DNA of 57,714 nt. Origin: an uncultured virus (IMG/VR IMGVR_UViG_3300021964_000020) (lineage: Duplodnaviria > Heunggongvirae > Uroviricota > Caudoviricetes). Of this stretch, positions 1 through 11,257 are shown piece after piece. The notes below the pieces were generated by a model that had not been told where the DNA came from, did no database searches, and saw only the letters and a list, made by a program, of their open reading frames with translations. Both the position numbers and the translations under genes were made by a program. The DNA is taken from the IMG/VR virus record IMGVR_UViG_3300021964_000020, one strand, 5' to 3'. Position 1 is the stretch's first letter. Each line of letters starts with the position of its first letter.

Positions 1-1
1 A

Positions 2-1438
2 CAAACCTTTAGGGTTTGTAGTTTTTGACCCATCATTTGGGCTAATTTGATCATGATCAAATATGATGGGGTTCATTGTGAATTTATGTAGTGATTCCGA
101 AAGAATTGTTTCTTTAAAATCAGATTTATTATATTCCACAAACGCACCGACCATAGTGTCATCAACTTGAAGTCCTGTGCCCTGAGTAAATGTTACCCCA
201 TTGTTTTGGAATGTTGTTGATGGTAGTCCCGTATTTGAAGATGTGAATGAGGTGTCAAATTGGTCATCCACCCAAGTATTATGAAAATTAAACTTCCACC
301 CTAATCTTGGTGGGTAATTAAAATATCCATTACCATTTTTAAGAACCGTTGTTACATATAAATCAGTTACGGTATACCCTAAATTATTTATTAATCCTGT
401 AATATCCACTTCATCCTTAAAATGATAGAGAACGGTTTCGGGTCTGTTTTGGACCGTATAAATATTATTTCTATTATCTGCGGTTTCGAATTGTAACTTC
501 CTTTCTATCTCAAAGATAGGTGTTTCAAAACCCGTTCTATCAACGATACACCCATCTGAATCAGTTAATATTTTATGTTTGTGGACATAATATTGTGAGG
601 TGGTTTCCGATATATTTTCTTTGTCTAAACACCTTTTACCAAAAACAACCCCATTAATGGATTGTGACGATGTAAAGGATGATTTTTGTACGTTTATTAC
701 ATATTTTTCGGAATCATATATTTCATTCCCAACGGAAGAGATAGGAAAAATCCTACTCGATTCATTCCCACTGTTAATACTTGTTCCTGATAATACCACA
801 TATTCGCCCTGAGACATATTATGTGGGATAGGACTTACCAATTCATAATGGTTGGAATAGTCATTAACCCTAAATGGTACCCCATTTGACGATGTAAAAT
901 CATATACTGTTGATCCCGATAACGTATATCTCATTGGGTAATTATCGTCTTGATCATACACATATGACAAGTGGAAATTCCAATTTGTTGAGGCTATATC
1001 TATCTCATTTATTCCCCTGTGTGATGTATCACCCGCAATCGTTATGTTTGGGTTATAGTCCCCTACGGTAGATCCTGTTGGATTACTCACCTCTCTCAGA
1101 TAATCATTTCTTATGAACGCAAATTCGTTGTAGGGTAAGTACCCGGTAAAGTCACCATCAAGTCCATCCCCAATAACATATAGGTTATTTTTTAATGGGT
1201 CATATGTTGTAGTACCACTGTACGTATTTCTAAAAACCATGTTAGTTTTACCATAAATCCTATACTTTGTACTTTGGTTTCTTTCTTTTCTATACAACTC
1301 GGCAATGTCAAGTATAATAGTTCTATCACCTTCCCTTAATAATTCCTCGTCTCTTTCAAACCCAACTCTAACCTGTAAATCCTCAGACTCCGATTTAGCG
1401 TGTCTTTTTTCAGGATGTAAAATCTTCTTATTTATCAT
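2..1438 (-). CDS. Hypothetical protein, probably baseplate/tail structural (partial, runs off the left edge)
   Basis: Not in the ORF track. ATG at 1438 overlaps the TGA of the upstream ORF (ATGA coupling). Reads MINKKILHPEKRHAKSESEDLQVRVGF...; the same frame is open at the window edge (...GAFVEYNKSDFKETILSESLHKF...). I checked both ends, not every codon. Confidence 0.75.
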   Translation of the reverse strand, partial: MINKKILHPEKRHAKSESEDLQVRVGFERDEELLREGDRTIILDIAELYRKERNQSTKYRIYGKTNMVFRNTYSGTTTYDPLKNNLYVIGDGLDGDFTGYLPYNEFAFIRNDYLREVSNPTGSTVGDYNPNITIAGDTSHRGINEIDIASTNWNFHLSYVYDQDDNYPMRYTLSGSTVYDFTSSNGVPFRVNDYSNHYELVSPIPHNMSQGEYVVLSGTSINSGNESSRIFPISSVGNEIYDSEKYVINVQKSSFTSSQSINGVVFGKRCLDKENISETTSQYYVHKHKILTDSDGCIVDRTGFETPIFEIERKLQFETADNRNNIYTVQNRPETVLYHFKDEVDITGLINNLGYTVTDLYVTTVLKNGNGYFNYPPRLGWKFNFHNTWVDDQFDTSFTSSNTGLPSTTFQNNGVTFTQGTGLQVDDTMVGAFVEYNKSDFKETILSESLHKFTMNPIIFDHDQISPNDGSKTTNPKGL

Positions 1439-4400
1439 AATGGACCAAAGTTTTTAACGAATTTATTCCAAGATGATTTACCTGTTCTCAAACCAAAATA
1501 GAAGAAGAATGGTCCCCCAATTGGGATTTCAGTTGCCGAGTAATTATCGTCGTCACAATCTCTAAGTGGTGGTAAAATACTCCCATCATAATAATGACTA
1601 TTTATGTTATCGGTTGGGTCGCCCCCCGCATCGCCATATGGGTCGTTCTCCATTAATCCCGAATAAACCCAACCTCCTTGGTATTTGGTGGTATGTATCG
1701 TTCCTAAACTCCACTCTTGTTTTTCGGAATTACCACCGTTGGACCCGAATCCGTCACCTCTTTTGTTCCATTTATAATAGGGAACTTCTTGGGCGGTCTC
1801 TGTAAGGTTACCCGCGGCATTTATACATAACCTAAGTAGTGTTCCGTCTTTTTCAACAATTTCAGTATCTTCATCATCTTCCGAAAATACGAAGTCAATA
1901 CCCACAGGACCGTACCCATCGTATAGTGTCTGTCCTGACACATAATATGGACTCTCATCGTCTTCGTCATTATACCCATATATCCCTACCTGAGAATTAA
2001 AATTAAGTAGTTGGGCAATATCACCATCAATCTTACCACCACCTCTTCTATCAAACAAGTCTTGGACATTTAGTCTCCCTTGTTCTTTAACTTCTTTAGA
2101 GGCAATAATATACTCCATAAGGTCGTTTATGTCTTGGTAAGATGTCGATCCAATACTTTTAGATACAGAACAATTAACATCTAATTCAGGATCAACACAT
2201 ATTTCATTTATGAACATATTTCTTGGTCCCAAATCCATTATAGTAGTGGGGAATAGTATTTCCCCGTACCCACTTTCACCAATTTCACCAATAAAATTAC
2301 CGTTATGATAGGGTGTAGATCTATAGTAGTAATGTACTCCATTATCATCTTCGTTTCTGTAAATTAAATCTTTACAGTATCTTGCGGAATCACCCCCTCT
2401 CCTCCTTCTAAATTGGAAGAAATATAATGATCCATTTAACCAACTGTTACCAAAACTATATGATGTGATTCCTGCACACATCAACGTACCAAGTAGTTTT
2501 CTTCTTGAATAATTTTTAATTAGTTTCGAATTTTTTCCCGCAGCAGCAACAAGTGCGTATTGTCCGTCCGCAAATTCAGAATACCCTGAAGCAGTTGCGT
2601 CTCGATCTTCTACAGGTAATCCCACTATACTTCCCCAACCTTGTTTTAAGGCAAGTCTTCTCGGCCAACGTTCACCCACCCAATTATTGTCAAGATAGTC
2701 GTTCTCGGCAGATTTACTGAATGTTGCTACAATATCGGGTATCGGTGGTGGCGTATCACAAGGGTCCTCGTTTCCATCATAAAAAATATCGGGATATGGG
2801 TCGTCCTGACCGGGGTTTTCCTTAAAATAATCATACGTTTTGCTACCATTATCATTAAGATATGCCCTTAAAGACATATCGTTATCGGCATCGTATATTG
2901 TATCATATTTTTCACATCCACTCTCCACGGGAGTATTTACTCCCGATGATATTTCTGTTAATTCAGAAATAAAATAAACTTCCTTTATGACGATATTTCC
3001 TGCCCCCTGAAGTGCTGTCCCACTAACAGACGTAGGTTTAGGGTCCTGAGATGATAAATTATTTGCGTCGTAAACATCGTAATGTATATCATCCGCAAAA
3101 TCAATAAATGTGTTTGTTGTACCTTCGGGTGGATACGAACTTGCATACCCTATAAACCGATATTTATATTCCTCGGGGATTCCAACCACCATTATATCGG
3201 TAAGACTTGTAGCAGGGGCCCCACCCTGTGGACCATCGAGGGCAGTGAAGTCACCATTATCAATATTTTCCTGTGTTGCGGTAACCTCCTGAACACCCGC
3301 AACTATTACATACTTTATAACATAATTTTTTGTGTTTGTTAATCCGGGTATATTAATCGTAATGGTATTTGGTGGTGGGTCTGAAACAGTAGAGTTTGGG
3401 TCGTAGTCATGAACACAACTAAGTGATGTTGTAATTGGACTTAATGGTGTGTTATTTAAAGGATGATTACCATTAACATAATCTTCCTCATCTCCTTCAC
3501 TAATGGTGACGTATTCATACGTATTCTCCTGACCTCCTTGGGATTGTTCATTAGTGCCCGGATCTGTATTACATTCATAACAATCGGGATAATTAACTAA
3601 ACCCAATCTTCTTAAAGTTGTGATTTGTATTTTTTTTGCGGTTTTAGCTAATCTCGTAGCGGGTGTCTCAAAAAACCTCCAAGTCTTATTAATTGGCCAA
3701 CCAATAGATAATTTAAATCCATATAATATTTCTGATAAATCAAATAAGAACTCGACAATGAAATCTAAGGCAAACTGAGTAACTAATAGATAGATTCTTT
3801 CTAAAAAATTCAGAATAATAATGATTAAAAATTTAAACTTAAAATTACTAACCGCATCATTTATAGGGAAATATTCGTTATTGTTTGCACAGTCCTCCTC
3901 AAGTGATGGTTGTATCTCTTTAATCCCAATAAAAGATTCATTTTTATCTTTAGTAAATAAAGAGAATGTTTTCTCCCACCAACCCTTATTATAATATTGA
4001 TTTATGAAGGAGGATACCGTATATACTCTATTATATCTAAATGAATAAAAGTAATCATTGGAAAATCCGTTATTGTTTATTCCGGTAATATCATCTATTG
4101 CTTCTATTGGGTAGTCGTCTAAATTTGTTGAGAACGCATATGATTTGGGGTTCGTGTAAAGAAAGGGAACTGTCCCAAGTTGGTGTTCCTTTATTTGAGG
4201 TACTAAGTACTTTCCTCTATATTGTTTTCTTGCTCCATTATCATTTTGTAAGGATAATCTAAATCTATACGTACCTCTTGTTGGTATCCCCCTCTGTGTA
4301 TTCTTGGTTTCGACTAATTCACCAAATTCATTGGTTACATAATATCCCATATTCATGGGTACCCTAAAAAAGAAATTACCATTCTCGTTAATTTGCGAGT

Positions 4401-5361
4401 CTAACTGAATTGCCTCAAGTATCGGTCTGTTGTAATTAGGTGTCCCATCCACATCGTCTTCGTATAAACCGGTAAACCTAATTGCCTCAATATCACCCTC
4501 CCCCGTAATTAGACTACATTTCTCGCCCATTTGATTGTCAACATTACATCTGACTCTTACAGAATCTTTGCCCGAATCAGTAAATGTTCCACCCATCATT
4601 ATAGAATAGGGTTCAATACGTATACCCTGTTCGGTAAGGTCGTAGTCCGTTCTTGTAATACCAATTTCACATAAATCCTCATTACCCCAAAAAGGATAAA
4701 CCTCCACACTTTCTTCGAAAGTTATTGTTTGAGGTAGTCCGGCAATATCAGAATCAGATCTAAATGTGTAATTATTTTCAAACTTTTCCTCTGATACACC
4801 TTCGTAGATGAAATCATATGGAACTAAAGATTGACATCCCATGTCCGATAAATCCACATCGACGTGTATAGTCTGAGTCCCTACAGGAACTCCCCATATC
4901 ATGAAGTCACCAGCATCATTAGTCTTTACTGTGTATTTGTAATATTTTTCATAAACATATAACACCTCTTCTCTCGTAAGAATATCTTCTTGGTCAGGAA
5001 AGGTACCTGTTGGTGTGTGTCCTGTATGTTGTTTTCTCTTGGGGAATAAATTGTATTTGTACCCTTCCTCAGACATATCCTGAGTACTTTTATATGGGTA
5101 TAGTTTAGACACCACGGGGTCTTCTTCATCAACATCATCTAAAGGAATGAAAATGGAAACCCTTGCATTTGCGACACCGTACCCCTGATTTGCGGTAATC
5201 CTACCACAAACGACACCATAATCCGCACATAAAGACGTGTATATATCTTTTTGTGTGAATTTAAGTGACAAGATCTCTAAAAGATCATAATCCTGTTTTA
5301 GTTCAACAGTTAATCTTTGATCCTTACCAATTTCTGTACGTATTCGGTGTCTCTGCATCAT
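1435..5361 (-). CDS. Large virion structural protein, probably baseplate wedge-associated (1308 aa)
   Basis: Long ORF directly downstream of the gp6-like gene. N-terminal 'CGRITANQGYGVANARVSIF...TNDAGDFMIWGVPVG' resembles a carboxypeptidase-regulatory-like beta-sandwich. TATTTATA box upstream. Confidence 0.6.
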   Translation of the reverse strand: MMQRHRIRTEIGKDQRLTVELKQDYDLLEILSLKFTQKDIYTSLCADYGVVCGRITANQGYGVANARVSIFIPLDDVDEEDPVVSKLYPYKSTQDMSEEGYKYNLFPKRKQHTGHTPTGTFPDQEDILTREEVLYVYEKYYKYTVKTNDAGDFMIWGVPVGTQTIHVDVDLSDMGCQSLVPYDFIYEGVSEEKFENNYTFRSDSDIAGLPQTITFEESVEVYPFWGNEDLCEIGITRTDYDLTEQGIRIEPYSIMMGGTFTDSGKDSVRVRCNVDNQMGEKCSLITGEGDIEAIRFTGLYEDDVDGTPNYNRPILEAIQLDSQINENGNFFFRVPMNMGYYVTNEFGELVETKNTQRGIPTRGTYRFRLSLQNDNGARKQYRGKYLVPQIKEHQLGTVPFLYTNPKSYAFSTNLDDYPIEAIDDITGINNNGFSNDYFYSFRYNRVYTVSSFINQYYNKGWWEKTFSLFTKDKNESFIGIKEIQPSLEEDCANNNEYFPINDAVSNFKFKFLIIIILNFLERIYLLVTQFALDFIVEFLFDLSEILYGFKLSIGWPINKTWRFFETPATRLAKTAKKIQITTLRRLGLVNYPDCYECNTDPGTNEQSQGGQENTYEYVTISEGDEEDYVNGNHPLNNTPLSPITTSLSCVHDYDPNSTVSDPPPNTITINIPGLTNTKNYVIKYVIVAGVQEVTATQENIDNGDFTALDGPQGGAPATSLTDIMVVGIPEEYKYRFIGYASSYPPEGTTNTFIDFADDIHYDVYDANNLSSQDPKPTSVSGTALQGAGNIVIKEVYFISELTEISSGVNTPVESGCEKYDTIYDADNDMSLRAYLNDNGSKTYDYFKENPGQDDPYPDIFYDGNEDPCDTPPPIPDIVATFSKSAENDYLDNNWVGERWPRRLALKQGWGSIVGLPVEDRDATASGYSEFADGQYALVAAAGKNSKLIKNYSRRKLLGTLMCAGITSYSFGNSWLNGSLYFFQFRRRRGGDSARYCKDLIYRNEDDNGVHYYYRSTPYHNGNFIGEIGESGYGEILFPTTIMDLGPRNMFINEICVDPELDVNCSVSKSIGSTSYQDINDLMEYIIASKEVKEQGRLNVQDLFDRRGGGKIDGDIAQLLNFNSQVGIYGYNDEDDESPYYVSGQTLYDGYGPVGIDFVFSEDDEDTEIVEKDGTLLRLCINAAGNLTETAQEVPYYKWNKRGDGFGSNGGNSEKQEWSLGTIHTTKYQGGWVYSGLMENDPYGDAGGDPTDNINSHYYDGSILPPLRDCDDDNYSATEIPIGGPFFFYFGLRTGKSSWNKFVKNFGPL

Positions 5362-5421
5362 ATCATATAAATAGATTGGAACCTATTTTCCCTTAATTAA
5401 TAATAATACAGAAAAGAAAAA

Positions 5422-7254
5422 TTAAAATGTAGTGGAACCGAGAGTTTTGACTCTAATTTTTATGTCTTTATTCGGAAATCTTACTTGGTAGATTTGATTA
5501 CTCTTCATAAAAATTGTAGAGTCGGATTGTGAAATCTCTTTTGTGTCCTCATCATTATACCCTTGTGACACTTCTGCTGAAGAATATTCACCCCCTGTTT
5601 TACCATAAACTCTAAGATCAACTACGTTAACAACCCCTGTTATCTCGGAAATTGTTTTTTGTAACTCACCAACAAATAGTGGGTCACCCATTTTTCTTTT
5701 GTCTATTGAGAAGTGTTCCGATGCTGATGATATTACATCTTTTAAAATGTCTGTTTGGTTGTTGTTCTTGTCAACTAATAAGTCTATTTCTAACCCTAAA
5801 TCAATTACCTCACCACTTACGATATCGATATAATCATTTATCATTCTATAATTGGTTAGGTACCTAAGAATGTTATTCTTTAGTGTGTTAGATACAGTAT
5901 CAGTTAAATTACCCGAATCATCGTATGATAATAACTTAATTCTAATCTTATTATCTTCCTCCATTACGTTAACCTTCGCAGGTGCACCATATGTAGATGG
6001 CATTGTCTCAATTAACGTTTTATAATCGTTAAGTGTAACCGCTCTATTTTGTGCTGCGAAATTATAACCAACCATGTTTCTTATTTCTTCTATTGTTGGT
6101 TGATCTGCACCACCCACTGCCGGTGTGACATTAGTCACATTCAATGATTGGATAACCTGATTATTTACGTTAGTTAGTGGTCCTGTGACGTTGAATTCAA
6201 CATTATCCACACTTGTAACAACATTTACTCCTAAATTGGTATTCTTACCTCCACCAACTCTATATTTTACGAATAGTGTTGAGTTAGTTTTAGGTGTTGC
6301 CCCTAATGATAGGTTATTTAAGTATGTTGCCAAATTAACTTTAAGACTACCATCATTAAATGAATCTAAGTTATCTAACGGGTCTACACTACCCGACCCA
6401 AACGTTACTGACATATACCCCTCAGGAGTATATTCAGTTATGAATTTATTTGTAACTCTTTTGTAATCTCCCGCAGTAAAATTAGATGTGTCTGAAGATG
6501 ATGTTTTATTAGGAAGGAATACTTTATCTTCCATTAAACTCTTCACCTCATACCATCTATTTGATTCTGAACTAAATTCAGATGACGTTGGGTTTCCATT
6601 GTAATTTGTACCCTCTTTATGAATTATCGAAGTTACCCCTAAAACATTTTGTTCAGGTAAGTAGATTTTAAAGAATGGTTTCTGATCCTGTGGTCCAATG
6701 ACCCTTCTGAAAACTCTTGAGACACCGTTTACGACCGCATCTCTCTTGGTTATGGTATACGATACTAATTTGTTATTTGAATCGAAATTAGGGATCTTAA
6801 GTCGATTTGGTTCTCCTTTACTGTTAAATGGTGTTGAGAAGTCAATATCTTCTATTGTTTCGAAAGTTTGCCCTCCACCCGAAATCTGAGCACCTGCCTT
6901 TAGAATTCCTAAGTATCTCTCATCTTCTTTATCTCCCCTTACAGGAACATTAATTGAGAAATCACATAATGAAACTGACGGTCTATTACCGGGTATTCTA
7001 ATACCATAAGTTTTTGCAATATGAAAAAGAGATCTTCTTTGTTGAGCAAAGTCCAACATAGTCTCTTGCCAAACTCTATCAATATGGTAGTGTAAGTTAT
7101 CACCAATTGCGGCATTCAGATCTAATAACACGGAATAGATTGATGCGTCGTTGGTATTTTTTATTAAATCAGGATAGTAATCTTTTGTAAGATTAACCAA
7201 CTCTTCTCTTAGTCCCGCAAAATCTCTTTTAGCGTATGAAATCTTTTTTGCCAT
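5422..7254 (-). CDS. Baseplate wedge protein (T4 gp6 / P2 gpJ-like)
   Basis: N-terminal 'ISYAKRDFAGLREEL', 'YRVGGG', 'GGAD.PTIEEIR...AQNRAVTLNDY' motifs; adjacent to a gp25-like gene. Confidence 0.9.
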   Translation of the reverse strand: MAKKISYAKRDFAGLREELVNLTKDYYPDLIKNTNDASIYSVLLDLNAAIGDNLHYHIDRVWQETMLDFAQQRRSLFHIAKTYGIRIPGNRPSVSLCDFSINVPVRGDKEDERYLGILKAGAQISGGGQTFETIEDIDFSTPFNSKGEPNRLKIPNFDSNNKLVSYTITKRDAVVNGVSRVFRRVIGPQDQKPFFKIYLPEQNVLGVTSIIHKEGTNYNGNPTSSEFSSESNRWYEVKSLMEDKVFLPNKTSSSDTSNFTAGDYKRVTNKFITEYTPEGYMSVTFGSGSVDPLDNLDSFNDGSLKVNLATYLNNLSLGATPKTNSTLFVKYRVGGGKNTNLGVNVVTSVDNVEFNVTGPLTNVNNQVIQSLNVTNVTPAVGGADQPTIEEIRNMVGYNFAAQNRAVTLNDYKTLIETMPSTYGAPAKVNVMEEDNKIRIKLLSYDDSGNLTDTVSNTLKNNILRYLTNYRMINDYIDIVSGEVIDLGLEIDLLVDKNNNQTDILKDVISSASEHFSIDKRKMGDPLFVGELQKTISEITGVVNVVDLRVYGKTGGEYSSAEVSQGYNDEDTKEISQSDSTIFMKSNQIYQVRFPNKDIKIRVKTLGSTTF

Positions 7255-7255
7255 C

Positions 7256-7708
7256 TTATATGTTAATTATAATAAAGTCTGATGACGAAAACGCACCATT
7301 ATTAACTGTATAGTCTATTTTAACCTTAGCCGTGTATGGTTTTGTACTTTCATCCGCCAATCTGAATAATCTCTCATCATCTTCTTCATCAACGGTAGTG
7401 ACAGGGTTAGTATCATCCTCCGCAGAAATAACTCTAATTGAATTGATATCAAGATTTGGTAAGTACTTTTTACACCCTTCTCTAATCTCTTCCTCAATTA
7501 AATTAAATGTGATCATATCGTTTTGATCGAATATGTATTCATATATCCTTGTACCGAAATCAGGTAAATAGAACCTACTTCCCTTCTTGGTTAGAATTAG
7601 ATGTATCAAGTTTGACCTAACCTCTCTTTCGGGAGAAGTAGTCATGCTTAAATAATCACCTGTAATACTTTCTCTAAATGGAAAGTCTATTCCATACTTT
7701 ATTGCCAT
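7256..7708 (-). CDS. Baseplate wedge / sheath initiator (T4 gp25 / gpW-like)
   Basis: 'GIDFPF...VRSNLIHLILTKKGSRFYLPDFGT.I' is the gp25 pattern. Start reassigned to ATG 7708 (MAIKYG), because the longer track start runs through a terminator and promoter. Confidence 0.9.
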   Translation of the reverse strand: MAIKYGIDFPFRESITGDYLSMTTSPEREVRSNLIHLILTKKGSRFYLPDFGTRIYEYIFDQNDMITFNLIEEEIREGCKKYLPNLDINSIRVISAEDDTNPVTTVDEEDDERLFRLADESTKPYTAKVKIDYTVNNGAFSSSDFIIINI

Positions 7709-7745
7709 ACTAATAAATATAATCAATGTTAAAATGAGGATAAAT

Positions 7746-7772
7746 AAAAAACCCCTCAAAAAAGAGGGGTTT
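7746..7772 (-). terminator. Rho-independent terminator after nrdA
   Basis: Stem AAACCCCTC/GAGGGGTTT (7749-7757 / 7764-7772) followed by a T-run on the minus strand. Confidence 0.85.
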
Positions 7773-7796
7773 AAAAAATAGAGTCAAAAAAATCAA

Positions 7797-10250
7797 TTAT
7801 GAACCACAACCTTCACATTCAAAAGGTGAATCGTCAGGTCTTATAGTTGGTTGTGAAACCATTTCAAGTTCTTTATTGTCACTGATTAGTGAATTTGAAG
7901 TTGGTGATGGATTCTCAGTTTGTTCCATAACCACTTCTTTTTGTATTTCAGGTTTTGGTTGTGATTTACTTGTATTCACACCTAACCCTTTAAGTGGATC
8001 CACCGCCGAACGAGTTCTTAAGTAATACATACCTGTTTTCAATCCTAATGACCACCCATGTAAGTGTGCCGCCAATAGTTTCGCCTTAGTTGCATTACTA
8101 ATGAATAAATTCAAAGATTGTGATTGATCAATAAACACAGATCTCCTCGCAGCCATATTTAATAATCGTTTCTGCGACATCTCCCAAACAGTCTTATAAA
8201 TCTCCTTTATTTCAGTTGGGATCTCAGGGATGTTCTGTACCGAACCGTTCTCCAAAATCAATTTATCTTTGATCTCATCATTCCATAATCCCGAATCCAT
8301 AAGTTCTTTAACAAGGTGTTTGTTTATTACAATAAACTCACCACCCAAGGTTCTTCTCGAATATAGGTTAGATGTGAATGGTTCAAACGCTTCATTGTTA
8401 CCAAGAATTTGTGCCGTTGACGCTGTTGGCATCGGTGCAAATAATAATGAATTTCTTACACCAAATTTAACCACTTCTTTTCTCAATGATTTCCAATCCC
8501 ATCTTCCTGATAAATCACCATCATTTAATCCCCACATTTGGTATTGGAACACACCTTTTTCTATTGGTGATCCCGAGATACTCTCATATGGACCCACTTC
8601 CTTAGATAAGTCTTTAGATGATGTCATCGCTGCGAAATAAATGGTTTCAAATATTTCGGTTTGTAAATCATCAGCAACTTCACTTTCAAATGGTAATCTT
8701 AGTTTACAGAATACATCCGCTAACCCTTGAATACCAAGTCCAACGGGTCTATGTCTAAAATTAGAACGTTTAGTCTCCTCAGTTGGATAGAAGTTTAAAT
8801 CAATTACGTTATTTAAGTTTCTAACAACCTGATAAACATACTCATACAGTAGTTGGTGATTAAACTCACCATCGACAATATACTTAGGTAACGCAATAGA
8901 TGCAAGGTTACATACCGCCTGTTCTGTTGGTGAACTGTATTCAATAATTTCAGTACAAAGGTTAGATGATTTAATAGTACCTAAATTTTGTTGGTTAGAT
9001 TTAGCGTTCGCAGAATCTTTATACAACATATATGGAGTACCTGTTTCGATCTGTGCGGTTAGGATGGCGTCCATTAATTTTCTCGCCTTAACCGATCTTC
9101 TTCCTTTTCCTTCTTTTTCGTACTGTGTATAAAGTTTAGTGAAGTCTTTGGATTTTGGTGAATCAAAAACATCGGAAAGACCCGGTGCTTCATCAGGTGA
9201 GAATAAAGTCCAATCCTCATCATTTTTAACTCTCTCCATAAACAGGTCAGGTGTCCACATTGCAAGGAATAAATCTCTTGCTCTCATTTCTTCCTTACCG
9301 TGATTCTTTCTTAATTCAATAAATTCAAATACATCTGCGTGCCATGGTTCTAAGTAGATAGCAAAAGAACCCTTTCTCTTACCACCTTGATTAATCCATC
9401 GCGCCACTTCGTTGTATGTTTTCATCATAGGGATAAGACCATCTGACTCACCACCCGTACCTTTAATGTAAGAACCCTTTGCCCTAACATCATGTACGTG
9501 GAGGCCAATACCTCCCGCCCATTTTGAAATATTCGCAACATCTTTAACAGTATCGAATAAACCATTAATATCATCACCTTTATTTCCAATTAGGAAACAA
9601 GATGACATCTGTGGTCTTCTTGTACCCGCATTAAATAGTGTTGGTGTTGCGTGTGTATAGAAGTGTTGTGATAGGTCATCATAGATACGTAGACCCATTT
9701 CAAGGTCTCCATTACATATACCTAAAGCAACCCTCATATACATGTATTGGGGTCTTTCTACAATCCTGTTAGAAATTCTTAAAAGATATGATCTTTCAAG
9801 GGTTTTAAATCCGAAATAATCAAATTCAAAATCCCTCTCTTGTACAATTGCACCATCAATCGCCGCTCTGTTCGCCTTAACAAAGTCGTACAGTTCGTCA
9901 GAAATTAAAGAAGATTCTTTACCTGTTCTCGGTTCAATAAAAGAGTAAAGTTCTTTAATCGATTGAGAAAACTTCTTTGGTGTTGTTTTATGTAAATTAG
10001 TAACTGCTAATCTCCCCGCTAATTTTGCATAGTCAGGGTGAGTAGTTGTCATTGACGCCGCGGTCTCCGCAGCTAATTGATCTAATTCTGTAGTTGATAT
10101 TTCATCATAAATCCCTTGTGTAACTTTTAAGGTGATATATGTTGGATCAACATAATCAATATTGAGATCTGAACACAAGGCAGAAATTCTCCTTGTGATT
10201 TTATCATATCTCATTTCTTCTAACGATCCGTCTCTCTTTTTTACCTTCAT
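7797..10250 (-). CDS. nrdA: Ribonucleotide reductase class Ia alpha subunit with ATP cone
   Basis: N-terminal VKKRDG ATP cone, 'HATPTLFNAG', 'SSCF', 'SNLCTEI', 'APMPTASTA', 'KTGMYYLR', C-terminal CEGC. Confidence 0.97.
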   Translation of the reverse strand: MKVKKRDGSLEEMRYDKITRRISALCSDLNIDYVDPTYITLKVTQGIYDEISTTELDQLAAETAASMTTTHPDYAKLAGRLAVTNLHKTTPKKFSQSIKELYSFIEPRTGKESSLISDELYDFVKANRAAIDGAIVQERDFEFDYFGFKTLERSYLLRISNRIVERPQYMYMRVALGICNGDLEMGLRIYDDLSQHFYTHATPTLFNAGTRRPQMSSCFLIGNKGDDINGLFDTVKDVANISKWAGGIGLHVHDVRAKGSYIKGTGGESDGLIPMMKTYNEVARWINQGGKRKGSFAIYLEPWHADVFEFIELRKNHGKEEMRARDLFLAMWTPDLFMERVKNDEDWTLFSPDEAPGLSDVFDSPKSKDFTKLYTQYEKEGKGRRSVKARKLMDAILTAQIETGTPYMLYKDSANAKSNQQNLGTIKSSNLCTEIIEYSSPTEQAVCNLASIALPKYIVDGEFNHQLLYEYVYQVVRNLNNVIDLNFYPTEETKRSNFRHRPVGLGIQGLADVFCKLRLPFESEVADDLQTEIFETIYFAAMTSSKDLSKEVGPYESISGSPIEKGVFQYQMWGLNDGDLSGRWDWKSLRKEVVKFGVRNSLLFAPMPTASTAQILGNNEAFEPFTSNLYSRRTLGGEFIVINKHLVKELMDSGLWNDEIKDKLILENGSVQNIPEIPTEIKEIYKTVWEMSQKRLLNMAARRSVFIDQSQSLNLFISNATKAKLLAAHLHGWSLGLKTGMYYLRTRSAVDPLKGLGVNTSKSQPKPEIQKEVVMEQTENPSPTSNSLISDNKELEMVSQPTIRPDDSPFECEGCGS

Positions 10251-10261
10251 CTGTATTCGTA

Positions 10262-11236
10262 TTAAAAGTCCATGTCTCCGAACGCAGAATCAAGGTCTTC
10301 TTCGGTATCGTTATTCACTCCCGCTTTTTGGTATTCCGCAACTCTTTTTTCAAAGAAGTTGGTTTTACCTTGAAGTGCAATGTTTTGCATAAAGTCAAAT
10401 GGGTTTTCAGAATTGAAGTGTTTAGGAACACCTAACGAATCTAATAACCTATCAGTAACAAACTCTAAATATTGAGACATTAGATCTGAATTCATACCAA
10501 TCAGTCTAACAGGTAGTGCTTCGAGGATGAACTCTTTCTCGATCTCAAGAGCAGAAAGAATAATCTCTTTAATTCTATCGTTTGAAAGTTTATTTTGAAT
10601 ATGACTATTATAAAGGTGGCACGCGAAGTCACAGTGTAGTCCTTCATCTCTTGAAATCAACTCATTAGAGAATGTAAGTCCCGGCATTAATCCTCTTTTC
10701 TTTAACCAAAAGATTGAACAGAATGATCCCGAAAAGAAAATACCTTCAACAGCAGCGAACGCAATTAGTCTTTCCGCAAAACTTGGTGATTCGATCCACT
10801 TAAGTGCCCATTTAGCCTTCTTCTCAATTGCAGGGATCGTCTCTATTGCATTAAATAACCTATTTTGTTCATCAGTATCCTTAATATATGTGTCGATCAA
10901 TAACGAGTATGTTTCGCTGTGGATGTTTTCCATTGCAATTTGGAATCCATAAAAGAACTTTGCCTCGGTGTATTGAACTTCATTAACGAAGTTTTCTGCG
11001 AGATTCTCATTAACAATACCATCTGACGCAGCAAAGAAGGCCAATACGTGTTTAACGAAATGTTTTTCATCGTCGTTTAACTTGTTTGCCCAATCACTTA
11101 CGTCTTGGTTTAAGTCAATTTCTTCCGCAGTCCAAAAGGATGCTTCTTGTTGTTTATAGAACTTCCATATGTCATGGTGTTCGATAGGAAAAAGGACAAA
11201 ACGTCCCGGATTTTCTTGTAAAATCTTTTCTGTCAT
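10262..11236 (-). CDS. nrdB: Ribonucleotide reductase class Ia beta subunit
   Basis: 'FWTAEEIDL', '[12 protein letters not shown]', 'ENIHSETY' (radical Tyr present), 'EGIFFSGSF', 'RDEGLH', 'NFFEKRV'. Confidence 0.97.
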   Translation of the reverse strand: MTEKILQENPGRFVLFPIEHHDIWKFYKQQEASFWTAEEIDLNQDVSDWANKLNDDEKHFVKHVLAFFAASDGIVNENLAENFVNEVQYTEAKFFYGFQIAMENIHSETYSLLIDTYIKDTDEQNRLFNAIETIPAIEKKAKWALKWIESPSFAERLIAFAAVEGIFFSGSFCSIFWLKKRGLMPGLTFSNELISRDEGLHCDFACHLYNSHIQNKLSNDRIKEIILSALEIEKEFILEALPVRLIGMNSDLMSQYLEFVTDRLLDSLGVPKHFNSENPFDFMQNIALQGKTNFFEKRVAEYQKAGVNNDTEEDLDSAFGDMDF

Positions 11237-11257
11237 CTTATAAAATTTAATTGTTAA

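Noticed and set aside
7709..7759. Hydrophobic N-terminal extension on the gp25-like ORF (similar extensions at 34600, 36514 and 53992)
   Set aside because: Artefacts of longest-ORF calling through AT-rich promoter/terminator DNA; downstream ATGs fit better.
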